The notes under the pieces: model-generated
What the model saw: only the letters and a program-made list of their open reading frames with translations
The model's database searches: none
What the model was told of the DNA's origin: nothing
Shown here: piece after piece, positions 1-11,700 of the stretch
Numbering within the stretch: position 1 is the stretch's first letter
Layout: each line of letters begins with the position of its first letter
NCBI GenBank assembly: GCA_000708835.1
Contig: DF237499.1
Coordinates: 1 to 58,702, forward strand
Source: Klebsormidium nitens
Taxonomy: Eukaryota; Plantae; Klebsormidiophyceae
Direction: 5' to 3'
Length of the DNA: 58,702 nt
Program-made: the position numbers and the translations under genes

Positions 1-42
1 CCTTAATAGCTTGGGGTTGCAAAAAGGAAGAAGAAAACCTCG

Positions 43-122
43 AAAAAGTTGGACCTCTGCGAATCGAACTCAGGATCAGCCGAGCGTAGGCGAGCACGCT
101 ATCCACAGTAACCCACTTGTGA
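43..122 (-). ncRNA. tRNA-derived (tRNA-Arg(ACG)-like) Pol III element: tRNA pseudogene or SINE head
   Basis: The minus strand reads TGGGTTACTGTGG (A-box-like, 115-103), CT-ACG, GATCCTGAGTTCGATTCGCAG (perfect B-box GTTCGATTC at 69-61, 4/5 T-stem pairs), then TTTTT (47-43). TATAAAA lies upstream at 165-159. The acceptor stem does not pair, so this is not a canonical tRNA. Confidence 0.45.
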
Positions 123-857
123 CTTGGCCGACTCCCGATTCAGTCTGGGAGATAGGGGTTTTATACCCCGACGCCCACTTTAACTTCAAGTTCAGGTGCC
201 ACTTTGTCTCCAATTGGGCCGAGCGCCCACTCCAAACAGATCCCAGCTCCTGCATGCGTTCTTTGTGCTGTTGAGGCATAGGCTTCCTCTGTCAACACTT
301 GCTCAGACAGTTTGAGCTTTACTTTCCGGTTCACATGCTCGGATCAAACAGCAGCGATTAGCTGGATCGCACATCACGGTGAGTCTGGTGGAGGTAATTT
401 CCTTGAAGAGTACTTCACAAGCAGGGGCCCGCAGCAATATCTCTGACATACGGTGGGAGGAAGTGTTTGAGTTGCTTGTAAGCAAATTGGAAAAGGACTG
501 TAAGTACACGGGAGCGTCGAAGGTAAAACTTACCGCCATTATCTCATTCACCAATCTTTCTGAGATGGTAATTCCTGCGCTCATACCAGTTGGTTTACCA
601 AGCGCTTGCACTTTGATTGAGATATACTTAACGCAATGCAGCAGGTCAATGAGAGTTCTGATGGTGGATAGCTTGCTGATGGGGCCCCTGGATACAGGCC
701 TGGGGCCATTACATTTAGGACTGCATCTGTAGATGGAACCCAGCTCGCTATCCAAGAAAGAGTGGAGCATCCAAATCCTGCGCCCCTGATAAGCAATAGG
801 TGCTGCCTTTCTACAGACCCTATTGCCCCCAAGTTTCCCTCCCCTTGGGGTGCACCC

Positions 858-3800
858 ATGGTGGAGCCTTCAGGCCCATCGCTGCGCGACAGGTGGATGT
901 GGGAGTTTCTCTTGCAAGACCAAGCGACCCCTTATGCGGCTCTCACAATCCTGGGGGGCGCCCGCTTCCGAGCCCTCGCCCAGGACCCCGCCCTCAACCG
1001 CCTCCAGCTGCTGCGCCACCTTCAGGAGCAACTAGACAGGGGGCGCTTCGACCATGACACGCTGGCCGCGCTCGCGGGGTTACAAGCTCTGGCCGCCCGC
1101 CTCGAGGGGACCCCCGCCTGGCGCCCCGTCGTTCCGAGCCCCGAGCTCTATGGACGGGTCAAGATCGAGGTTGTGCTCCAGCATTTGCGCAAGGAGACGG
1201 CCGATTGGGCGGCGTTCGAGGAGAGCTTAAAGGAGCTGTTTCCTGAGAGCGTGCCCGACACGGAGGAGGAGCAGTGGGGGGGCCTGCAGAAAGCGCAGGA
1301 GGAGCTGTGGGCGGTGGCAGCCAAGCTGGCGCCCCCCCTGCAGGAGAAGATCGCAAAGCGGTATCCGCGCGCGCCCCTCGTGGCGGCGCTGCGCGCGTTC
1401 CTGGAAGCGGCGTGGGGGGCTGTGGGACCCCCGTATTTGCAGCTGGTGGCTGATGACATCAGCGGGGGCCGGTATAAGTTGGGTGGGGAGGAGGAGGCGG
1501 AGGCGCCGCAGGGGCTGGTGGTTACGATGAAAGAGCTGCTGGCGAGCTTCCCAGCCAAGGATGCACGGCGAGGTGGGGCATCCACGATCTGGATTCTTGT
1601 CTTGGTCGTTGGCTGATGTGTCAACTTTTATCTGAGCACTCACTGCATTCCCATAGTATCCAAGGGCATGCATGTTTGTGACTAATTCCCCCCCATGCGT
1701 TCAGAACCCTAAAACCATTAAATGCCCAGAATGAAATCAGAAAGTGCCCTTCGCTTGCTCCGAATCCTATTTGTGAAGCATAAGATAGATCTGTCCATCT
1801 TTTCCTTTGCCACCCATCAAACCCTAAATCTGTCAACTAGAATCGCATCGGACCTCTCTTTCAGCATCTGCTTCAGAACCCTAACTCCTCAATAAGCATC
1901 AACCCTTTAGTATATTTGTGCCTACCCCCAAATCATGAAACTTTTAAAATCAATGCCTTGCCCCACCTTTCGGGTGTGTGCGTGTGATTTGTACTCTTCA
2001 CAATGCCCCCTGCACGTGATCCCTCGTTCTTGCGCTTACCCTAAAACCCTAATTCTGCACTATTACGTTCACACGAGCCAGATTTTTCATGTGCAGCCAC
2101 ATGCCGCCTCCTCTTGCGCTGACAAAATCCAAAACATCCTTCCTCCCCAAAACCCTAAATCCTGATACCTTGCAGCCATGGAGGTGGGCACCATTGGCAG
2201 CTCTGGTCTACAGCGCAGCAAGAGGCGCCGCTTTTCGGGCGGCGAGCCCAGCCGGGCCCCAGCAGCAGCGGAGGTTCCGACACCGGTGGAAGTTCCTGTG
2301 GCGACGGAAGTGCGCGGGGAAGTTGACGAGGCCATGCCGGACCTGCCCAGCCCCGAGCGAGAGGACGAGCCCCCCAGGTGAGAAGGAACTTCAGCTTTGT
2401 CAAGTTGGCACAAGATATGCGTTCAATAGAAAATCTGCTGTTGATGTTGGCTTCCTGACGTGCAGAGCTCAGCTTTGAGCCAGGGCGCTTGTCTTTCCCT
2501 CCCTCATGCTCGCTATAAGGGAACCTGGCTACGTCGTGACGCTGAGTATCAACATCCAAACGAAGTCAAGAGTCATTTCTGCAGTGTCATACTGCCAGAA
2601 ACAAAAGGCAGGCGGGACCCCTCTTCCCCGTTGCTCTGAGAACCGCGCCTTCTTCATTGTGCTGCGGCATCCCTCATGCCCCCCCAACCTCCTTCTCTTA
2701 GCAAACCGCTTCTCCTCCCTTCTGTCTGCCCGCAGCTCCCTGCCTGCCCCCGACGCCGCTGCTGTGATCGACGACCTTCGGGAGTCGAGCCAGGCGCTGC
2801 GCCAAATGGGCCACGACCCCCTTCCAGCGGTGCTCGCGCAAGCGGGGGGTGCCCGCTCCACTAGAAAGGCCACCCGGGCTGCCACCGCAGCGGCGGCAAA
2901 GTCCGACGGTGAGCCAGAGGGGGAGAAAGAAGCAGCGATTCCGGAGGAGGAGGAGGGGGCGGGCGAGGAGCCGAGCCCCGAGACGCTGGCGCAGCGCGCG
3001 GCGGAGCGGGGCAAGGCCAAGATGAGCCTGATGGACAGGCAGGAGGGGGCACGCACGCTGGAGGTGAGGGCCGAAAAGGGAGGGCGCAAAAAGACCGCGA
3101 TTTTTTTGCCTTCTTCTGTTTTGATAAAAGGCTTTCAGTGCCGGATGATACATCAAGAGTCGGCCGAGACCAGGCTACCACCCAGGTAGTCCGCTCGTAG
3201 AGTAATCATCGTGTTGATTGTCGGGCCCTGACTTTTGTATGAGACTGATACGTTCTGAATGACAAGAAGCACGGAATGTCCTTTGAGATGCCAGAGTTGA
3301 ATTGTTCTCAACTTCAAGGTTCTGAAGAGTTGAGCTTCTGAAGTTCTCTGAGATACTTTCCATCGAGCTTCGCGATAAGACCACCCTGACATATACTGCT
3401 CATATCGTCGGTTTCTATGTGAAGTGGCACGCCTCACAAGTCGCCCATCTCATTGCAACCTCTCTCTGTGCCCTACGGACCAGACAGGAAGAACCCACAA
3501 GGTTGGTTGTAGGTCTGGGTTTTCCTGACGCACCTTCTACGTTCGTCTGAACATTCCTTTATGCTTGTACAAAGACACACCTCTTCTGCAAAGTATCTAA
3601 AAGAACCTCAAAAGGAGCCTTTTTCGTTTGCAGTGGACCGAGGAGGAAGACCCCATCGAGTCCACGCCAGAGGCTGGCGCCCGTCCCCCCCGGCTGCCGT
3701 CCCCAGGCGCGCGCGAGCCTCCTCCCGACAAGATTCGCAAGAGCGGGGAGGGCGCACCTAAAAGCACCCTCAAGTCGGGCAAGCCGCGGCGGCCCACCAA

Positions 3801-4656
3801 CCCGTGGCGGCCGGCCGAGGAGGAGGCGCTCCTTAAGGGAGTCAGAGAGTGAGCATCGATGCGGAGTTATCAGATGGCGTGACACAGCCTTTGCGTGAAA
3901 CCGGAGTTTTGTCAGAATCTGGTAGATTACTGTCAAGCAAACACTCATTGCTGACCTTCAGGTTGATACGTCGTTGTTTCTCATCAAAAGCTGAGGCAAT
4001 CAAACGATATTGAAACGGCGGCCGTACGTGAAAGTAGACAGATTCGTAAGTAAGGGTCGGATGGACAGCAGAAGTGAGAATCGAGGTGGCCACAGTTGGT
4101 GGGCGGTCTCCTTGAAACTTCACTACTCATGTCAAAACGCGAGGGATGTCTCCTTGAAATTTTGGTCACCTGCTGCTATTTCTATCGCGCATGATGGAAA
4201 AGATGTGATGATAAAGGAAGAAGTTAGCGGTACTTTGATGGGCCATGTGCTGCAGTCGGCTTTCTTCTCTGGGCCTTGAGAAGGATATGGTGCCCGGCCA
4301 TTATCGGATGAGGTCCTTTATTGCGTTGTACTAACATGGGTGTCTTGTGCAGGTTTGGAGAGGGCAAGTGGAAAAGGATCCTCACCGAATACGCCCATGT
4401 GTTTGAACGGCGCACTGGGGTGAGTGCTGCGCACCTAAATTGGAAACGAGAATCCGCAAACATCTGGAAAGCATTCAAGCGGGCTTGCGAACCAATTTTG
4501 CAACATGTCGAGAATCAGTCCAAGTACGTGTGGCCCTGTGTTCAGCCGCCCTGATTCTTGCGGAAGAGGATGGCAACTCACCTTTTCTCTCTCCTTGTGC
4601 AGGTCGACTTGAAGGACAAGTGGAGAACTCGATCAAAAGACCAAGATTTTCAATGA
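858..4656 (+). CDS. TRF-like telomere-repeat-binding-family protein: N-terminal helical (TRFH-like) domain plus C-terminal single telobox Myb, about 526 aa
   Basis: Exons 858-1572, 2176-2377, 2736-3063, 3634-3848, 4353-4419 and 4603-4656, all GT-AG with consistent phases. The Myb reads RRPTNPWRPAEEEALLKGVRE-FGEGKWKRILTEYAHVFERRTG-VDLKDKWRT, with the telobox LKDKWR signature. Linker motifs DPLP and SLMDRQEGARTLEW resemble plant TRFL5/TRFL6-type proteins (recalled). A possible acceptor near 815 leaves the true start slightly uncertain. Confidence 0.88.
1705..2159 (+). repeat. Cluster of telo-box / telomeric (CCCTAAAA) motifs in intron 1 of the TRF-like gene
   Basis: AACCCTAAAA at 1705-1714, AAACCCTAAA at 1819-1828, GAACCCTAAC at 1876-1885, ACCCTAAAACCCTAA at 2038-2052 and AAAACCCTAAA at 2149-2159, all in the same orientation. 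Confidence 0.85.
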
Positions 4657-4905
4657 ATTTTAGCCGACCAGCGAAGCAAGGGGTGTCGACAGATATGGTG
4701 TCTTCTATAGACGAAAGGTGCTATACACTAACCGGTTCAGGCTATCATAAAGGAACGGAGGAGTTCCCTGGAGATTGATCCGAAGTCTTAAATCTCGAGG
4801 AAGTTTGCAGATGCGTTGCGTGTGTGCGGCAAGATGCACATGACAAGATCCTGGGCTCTGTGAAATCGAAGTCCTCTGGGTTCGCCATCAATCCTGAGCT
4901 GGCAT

Positions 4906-4930
4906 GCACTGCACTGCACTGCACTGCACC
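4906..4930. repeat. (GCACT)n pentanucleotide microsatellite
   Basis: GCACT x4 followed by GCACC, downstream of the TRF-like stop codon. Confidence 0.8.
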
Positions 4931-5763
4931 AGAAGATTTAGTCGAGGTGATTCGTGTGGGGCCTTGGCGCCATGCAACTGTCAAGTATATATGTCTTCAT
5001 ATCGCTTTGAATTTCTCCACGCAAAGTTTTCCGACGCGTTAGTGCGCGAGCGGCCATCGCAGGGCGCGCGCTCTGTAAAGCGGCGGTGATGCTAACTTCA
5101 AGTCACGGCGGACCGGACTGCTGAAACTTGAAAGCTTGAATTCTAGACCTTTGGATTGAAGATGCCTTGATACTATGGACGGTTGGATAATTTTGAGAGT
5201 TATCTCGGATGGGTCCAAATCAATTGTTCCAGCTCTAGTTCAAGCGCCAGCCTCCAGGCCGAGGTTTCTCATGTCCAACATGTATGATGATGTAACTTGT
5301 AACGCTTGGCGATCGCGTGACTGACAGCACTGCAGTGCGCACGCCATGCGTTACGTCGCACGGGAGGATGCTGGGACGGATTTTATAGGGGGCACCCAGC
5401 TCTGGAAATTGTGCCTCCTTGCTCACTTCTCCGGAAGTCAAGAACGGGCTCAAAGGCGCTTTCTTGCTGCAAGGCGCCCTCCTTGGTGAAAGGCGTGTTG
5501 CCTTCCTGTTCGGTTTGAGACTGGGTGCGGCTCCAACGATTGCTGCTGACGCAAGCAAGAGCAGGGGGCTTTGCACGATGGTAACGGTCGCTGTCGTTTG
5601 TGCATAAGAGAGCCCTTTGCTCTGATTAGTTTATGTGAGAGGGCTTGCACTACGAGCTGCTGTAGAACGCATTATAGCAGCTATACTAGTAGGCGGCCAG
5701 CTTTGATTGGAGCAACATCCTATTGTACAAACCGCAAAGGCTGTAGAGAAGGCATAAGAAGTC

Positions 5764-8700
5764 ATGGAGCAGCGCTTTGAGTACTCGCCGGCAGAAGTGG
5801 CACGTGTGCGCACCGTGCAGTTTGGCGTGCTGAGCCCAGATGAGATCGTAAGTATCCTCAGTTTCTATGGGTTTATTTGTTCAGAAGGCGGTTCATGGAC
5901 ATCCGGGGCTGTGCGCATGATTTGCCATTAGCTTGTGATTCTGCGGCCTCTGAATCAGTTCAAGGCGAGGCTAGAGTGGATGAGGTATTGTACCAAAAAG
6001 TGTCCCGCAAAGTATTGAAACCAGGGTCGCTCATTGCATGAAAATGCTGACGCTTTGAGCATGGTTGTGAGTATCGTATGGACCTTCAATATTTTGTGTT
6101 GTACAGCCAATTTGCAATTGTCTGTTGGAGAGCAGCAAGATGATATGCGTGGGCTTGCTCTGAGCATGCTGATGTACTTTCATACCAGCTATTCGTGGGG
6201 CTGTCTGTCTTAACTGGCTGCTCGGCAGACCCCTTATCCTGGGCACCAACTCCGGTCATTGATGATTGCCCACTTTCTCATTCTGCTGGGTCAGAAACAC
6301 CTTTAGAAAGAAACTCTTAACTCTCAACATTGGCAACCCGACCCCATCCAAAATCAGACCCCTAAAACCCCTTTTTTCACAGCGCCGCATGTCCGTGGCG
6401 CTCATTGATTCTGGGGAGACGTATGAGCGCGGGAAGCCCAAGCATGGCGGCATGTCTGACCCGCGCATGGGCACAATTGATCGCACCCTGCGCTGCGAAT
6501 CGTGCGGGTGCGACAAGGCCGAGTGCCCAGGGCACTTTGGGCACATCGAGCTAGCGAAGCCAATGTTCCACATCGGGTTTCTCAAGACGGTGCTCAAAGT
6601 CATGCGCTGCGTGTGCTACAACTGCTCCAGGCTGCTAGCAGACCAGGTGGGGTTTGCGCTTGTCTTTCTTTCCTTTGGGGTTACCGTTTGAATCTTCGTT
6701 TTCTTGTGGGGTTTTGTTGGAAAGTTTTGAGGCAAAGTGAGCGGGTTTGCCATAAATTTTCAGCAATTTTTACTTTTCAGTCTGCGGGCTGGGTTGTGGT
6801 TCGTGCATGCCTGGAGTCATCCCAGGTTCACGGGTTGTTCCTTTGAAGTTCGTTCATTCTTTGCAGAACCCAACCTTCTGTAATTTGCTCACTGATCGCA
6901 GGCTTCGGCCAAACTGTGCCAGCTTTTCTCGCTAGCCCCTCTTTCCCTGCTACCGTTTGAAGACGCCACAGAATTTGTGTTGCTTGCTTTTTGCGCCCCT
7001 CTAATGCATCCCTCAGGTTCAGAAGGAACCACCTCTCAGGGTCGGGCCTCCATGCTCACCCTCTGCCATGTCTTTTCTTGCAGTCGGACTTCAAGTTCAG
7101 CCAGGTGAAGAAGATCCGCAACCCGCAGCAGCGGCTGCGCAAGATGATGGATCTTTGCAAGAAGAGCATCTGCGAGGGTAGCACCCAGGTAAAGGGCGTC
7201 GGGGACGACTTTCCTGAGGAGGACGGGGAACAGAAAGAGCATGCGGGGGGGTGCGGGTCGCTGCAGCCGAGCTTGAAGGTGGAGGGCATGAAGATCGTGG
7301 CGGAGTTCAAGCCCCCCAACAAGAAAGATCAGGACGAGGTGCAGCTGCCTGAGGCGGTGGAGCGCAAGCAAATCTGGTATGGGGACAAGGTAAGGGGCCC
7401 GGAGAAGCGTCGCTTCCTGTATAGTGGTCCGGATGGAGTTGGGAATTTTGGTGCTAATTTGGTGGGATTCTGACTTTTGTTGCGTAGATTGTGCAGTTGG
7501 TTTAGGAAAACAAGGTCGAATCTCTTGAAAGTTGAAACAGGGAGGCTCCTTAATGTAGTTTTAGAAGGCGCTGCCGTGCGCTTGCAAGATTGCTATCAAC
7601 TGCTTCGATGGATTCGATTGCACCATCAACAGATGGTCTGAGCCACTTTCGACCCTGGCTGTGAAGCGATTCATAGGTTTTCAACCTGACACCATCCTGA
7701 CTGCATGCATCTCATCCTTCCTTCAGGTCCAGGGCATTCTGAAGCGAATTAGCGACGAGGACTGCCAGCTGTTGGGGTTCAACCCCAAGTACGCACGGCC
7801 CGACTGGTTCGTCCTGAGCGTGCTCCCCGTGCCCCCGCCCCCTGTCCGGCCCTCCGTCATGATGTCCAGCAGCGCGCGCAGCGAGGTACGGGCTCGTTGC
7901 AAGCTGGCAGTTCTCATCGGAAAACCGAGTTGCTCTATTTCTCTCTTCCCATACAAAGCGTTTGTATCTTGTACGGGGCTTGAAAGGCTCCATTGCTTGG
8001 TTTGAGAGTATTATGCTTGCTGAAGGAATGAACACTCGAAAACAGGGATGTGTCCCCTCCACCAGCATGCCGGAGCTTCTAGCTGCGATCCGAGTCAGAG
8101 GCATGTGGGATCCGGGACGTTCTTTGGACCTTGAATACAGCTGTCATGGATTCTCTTGCGTATACAAAGTTGCAGGTTAGTTATATTCGTGATTCGGAAC
8201 ATCTACAAGAGCAACGGCCGTTCTGTTGCAGTAGTTCGAAACTTTCCTTACATAACCTGCTGTTGAACTTCCCATCCCCCCTCCCCGCAGGACGACCTGA
8301 CGCACAAGCTGATCGAGATTGTGCGCGCCAACAACAGCCTGCTGAAGCACGAGCAGAGCGGCGCACCCGCACACATTGTGAACGAATTCGTGCAGCTACT
8401 GCAGTTCCACATCGCCACCGTCATGGTCAACGACCTCCCCGGACTGCCCAGGGTGAGGCCCCCTGCTGGCTGGCTTGTTCCTGGCGCCTGTTTTTGCAGT
8501 TTGCCATTTTGTGAAATAGCTATTTGCCAGGGTGGCAGAGGTTGGATGTTTATCAACAAAGGACGGGTTGCTATCACGCGTTTGCAGAAAAACCGCCTTG
8601 CTTCTTGTAAGTATCTTCCTCATCCTTCTGGCCTTTCTTTCACTTCTTGCAGACGTGGTGTTGTAGCACATCAACACTAGACGGTGTTTAGCTCTCTTAC

Positions 8701-11700
8701 TCAGAGTACTTGAAAGTGAAGCTGTGTGGTTGTCACTGGAGCAAAGGGGTGCTTGCAAGTGAGGCTCGTCATAATCGCTCATGTATTTGTCGTTTTCGTC
8801 ACAGGCCCTGCAGCGTTCGGGCCGCCCCATCAAGTCGATCAGCCAGCGGCTGAAGGCCAAGGAGGGCCGCGTGCGCGGCAACCTGATGGGCAAGCGTGTC
8901 GACTTCTCGGCGCGTACTGTCATCACACCCGACCCCAACATTGGGATTGACATGCTCGGAGTGCCCTGGAGCATTGCGCTCAACATGACGTACCCAGAAA
9001 CGGTCACGCCGTACAACCGGGAGAGGTAAGGGTTTTCGCAAGGAGAACCGGGTCCTTGCACTCCGCACAATCTGCCAGTCACATCGTGCTTGTTAATGTC
9101 AGGGAGCCCTTAGGTAAGTGTCAGGCGAAACTGCTAGAAGCCAACATGAGATGTTTCAGCCGAGGCTGTGGTGTCGTGCAGCACCATTTCGATTCTGCCA
9201 TTCCCCTCAAAAAGGTAAATACAAGGAACGCTCTAGCATGGACGGGCCGACCAGTTTGATTCCGTGAAACGCCACTGACGAACCACGTGTTGCTCACAGG
9301 CTGGCTGAGCTGGTGGAGAACGGCCCTCACCCGCCCCCCGGCAAGACGGGCGCCAAGTTCATCATCCGCGAGGACGGCCACCGGCTGGACCTGCGGTACC
9401 TCAAGAAGAGCAGCGACCGCCACCTCGAGCTGGGCTACAAGGTGAGCGGGTCCAACGGTGCCCCTCGCCCCGAATGTTCCGCGTGCGCATGTCTAAAGTG
9501 GCGCACTAGAAAAGGCCCTCCTTCGTTAGGTCTCCAAGTGGTGGAACGAAGGCACTCCAAACCAGTTCTTTGTTTTGGCGCTGCTCGTCAAGGTCGACAG
9601 TTTTGGTTTTCGAAACGAAGGAGCAGTTCCCGAAGCGTAGGCCATTCTATCTAGTACCCTTAATGCAAGATTCTCGCCCGCTGGTCTCCGGACTGTCTCA
9701 CACGCCGCTTTCAGTCCCACTTTCCCGCGAGAAAGCTGGTCAACTCCTCACAATCCGAACCCCCGCCCTCCGCTCGCAGGTGGAGCGGCACCTGTGCGAC
9801 GGCGACGTGGTGCTGTTCAACCGGCAGCCGTCGCTTCACAAGATGTCCATCATGGGCCACCGCATCAAGATCATGAACTACTCCACCTTCCGCCTCAACC
9901 TCTCCGTCACCACGCCCTACAACGCCGACTTTGACGGCGACGAGATGAACATGCACGTGCCCCAGACGACGGAGACCAAGGCCGAGATCCAGGAGCTCAT
10001 GATGGTGCCCAAGTGCATCGTGTCGCCACAGGCGAACCGGCCGGTCATCGGGATCGTGCAGGACACGCTGCTGGGGTGCCGCAAGATCACCAAGCGCGAC
10101 ACCTTCATTGAGAAGGTAGGTGGGGGTGACAAACTTTGGGCGAGTTTCATCTGGCTTGATAGGAGTTCTGTAGGTTGGGCGAGTGTCATCTGGCTTGATA
10201 GGAGTTCTGTAGGTATTGTTGGTTGTAGATTTCAGAAGGTTAGTGAAAGATGCCCGAATCAAATCAGTTAGCGTTTTCGAAAGCTGGAAGACATATTCCC
10301 GTCATCTCTTTCGCGTTTTTGGACAATTTGAGGCCGACATGTGTCTGCTTGAGGTCGAGATTTTAAGGGTCAAGGAGATTTGGCAAGAGAGTAGGGTGGA
10401 ATCAGCAGAATGATTTCTCCTAGGTTTGCAGATGGGGGTTTGTTCGCTTTTCATGTGCGTTGGCGAATCTCTCAGGGGAGAGTCCCCCATAAGACGCCAG
10501 CAGCCGTTTTGTGACTTCAGGAGATCCTTCTGCCGAGGAGCTGCCTGAAGGCTTTTGCCCCTTCTTCTGCAGGACCTGTTCATGAACATCCTGATGTGGA
10601 TGGAGCACTGGGACGGCACGGTGCCCATCCCCACCATCCTCAAGCCGCGCCCGCTCTGGACCGGCAAACAGGTGTTCACACTCATCATCCCAGACGTTAA
10701 CCTGATTCGCTTCTCGGCGTGGCACCCGGACGGCGAAACGGGCGACATCTCAGTGGGCGACACCCAGGTGCGCATCGAGTCGGGGGAGCTGCTGTCGGGC
10801 ATCCTGTGCAAGAAGACGCTGGGGACGTCGGGGGGGAGCTTGATCCACACCATCTGGTGAGCCCGCTGCTTCGCCTGCTTCATTGCCTGTGCAAGCTTGG
10901 TTTTGCTTGAAGCATGTGCGGAACGTGCCTCGGGCGTTCATTTGACGCCGTAGCGTTGTCCGAAGACACTGTTCATCGTGCTTCAAACTCGTCCGAGGTG
11001 GAAAAGCCCAACTTTTTCCAACTTGAGTGCAGACGGCCCGTCCTTCTTCCTACTTGTCACTATTGAGGACTGCGGTATCTGAATTTGCATCTGCTCTCTT
11101 CGGCGCTCTGTCTCTGTTCCATCGTTAAGATTCAAGGAGCAACGAAAGAATGAAAAGATTGCTCATTGCCCTTAATATCTGCTCCGAGTCAAAATGCACC
11201 ACCGGTCAACACCAAATTCAAAATGAGTCTTTTTCTTGTTGCAGGGAGGAGCACGGCCCCGACGCGGCGCGCAGCTTTCTGGGGCAGTGCCAGTGGCTGA
11301 CGAACCACTGGCTGCTGCAGCAGGGGTTCAGTATTGGAATTGGGGACACTATTGCGGACGCAGGGACGATGGAAACGATCAACCGCACGATTGCGGGCGC
11401 CAAGGAGGAGGTGAAGAACCTGATCAAGCAGGCGCAGGAGAAGCAGCTGGAGGCGCAGCCGGGGCGTACGCTGCTCGAGTCGTTTGAGAACAGGGTCAAC
11501 CAGGTGAGGCTGGTGTGGAAAGGTGGTAGTTGATTGTGTGCGAGCAGGCTCGTTTGGTTTGGGCTCATAGGTGCTGATGGTTTCGTAAATTTGCGACGTA
11601 TCAGGGAGTGGTTAATCTGTACAAGCGACGAGGTTCGAGAGGCTGTTTGTTGAAGCGAGAAGCGTCCTTGAGAGCTCAAAAGCTCTTTCAAGGAACTAAG

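Noticed and set aside
133-229. Three short hairpins (TCCCG/TGGGA, GGGGT/ACCCC, TGGGC/GCCCA) suggesting a structured RNA
   Set aside because: The stems are only about 5 bp, which is expected by chance at this GC content, and there are no family motifs.
303-770. ORFs 379-732 (+) and 303-770 (-)
   Set aside because: No recognisable motif and no convincing splice link to the neighbouring gene.
1705-2052. AACCCTAAAACC and ACCCTAAAACCCTAA as a telomerase RNA template
   Set aside because: Multiple scattered copies fit telo-boxes better. No snRNA-type Pol III promoter or terminator frames them, and they lie in a Pol II intron.
4621-4778. Possible 1-nt deletion in the last Myb exon (WRT... versus WRN... 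in the longer frame)
   Set aside because: LKDKWRT is an acceptable telobox variant and the frame closes normally at 4656.
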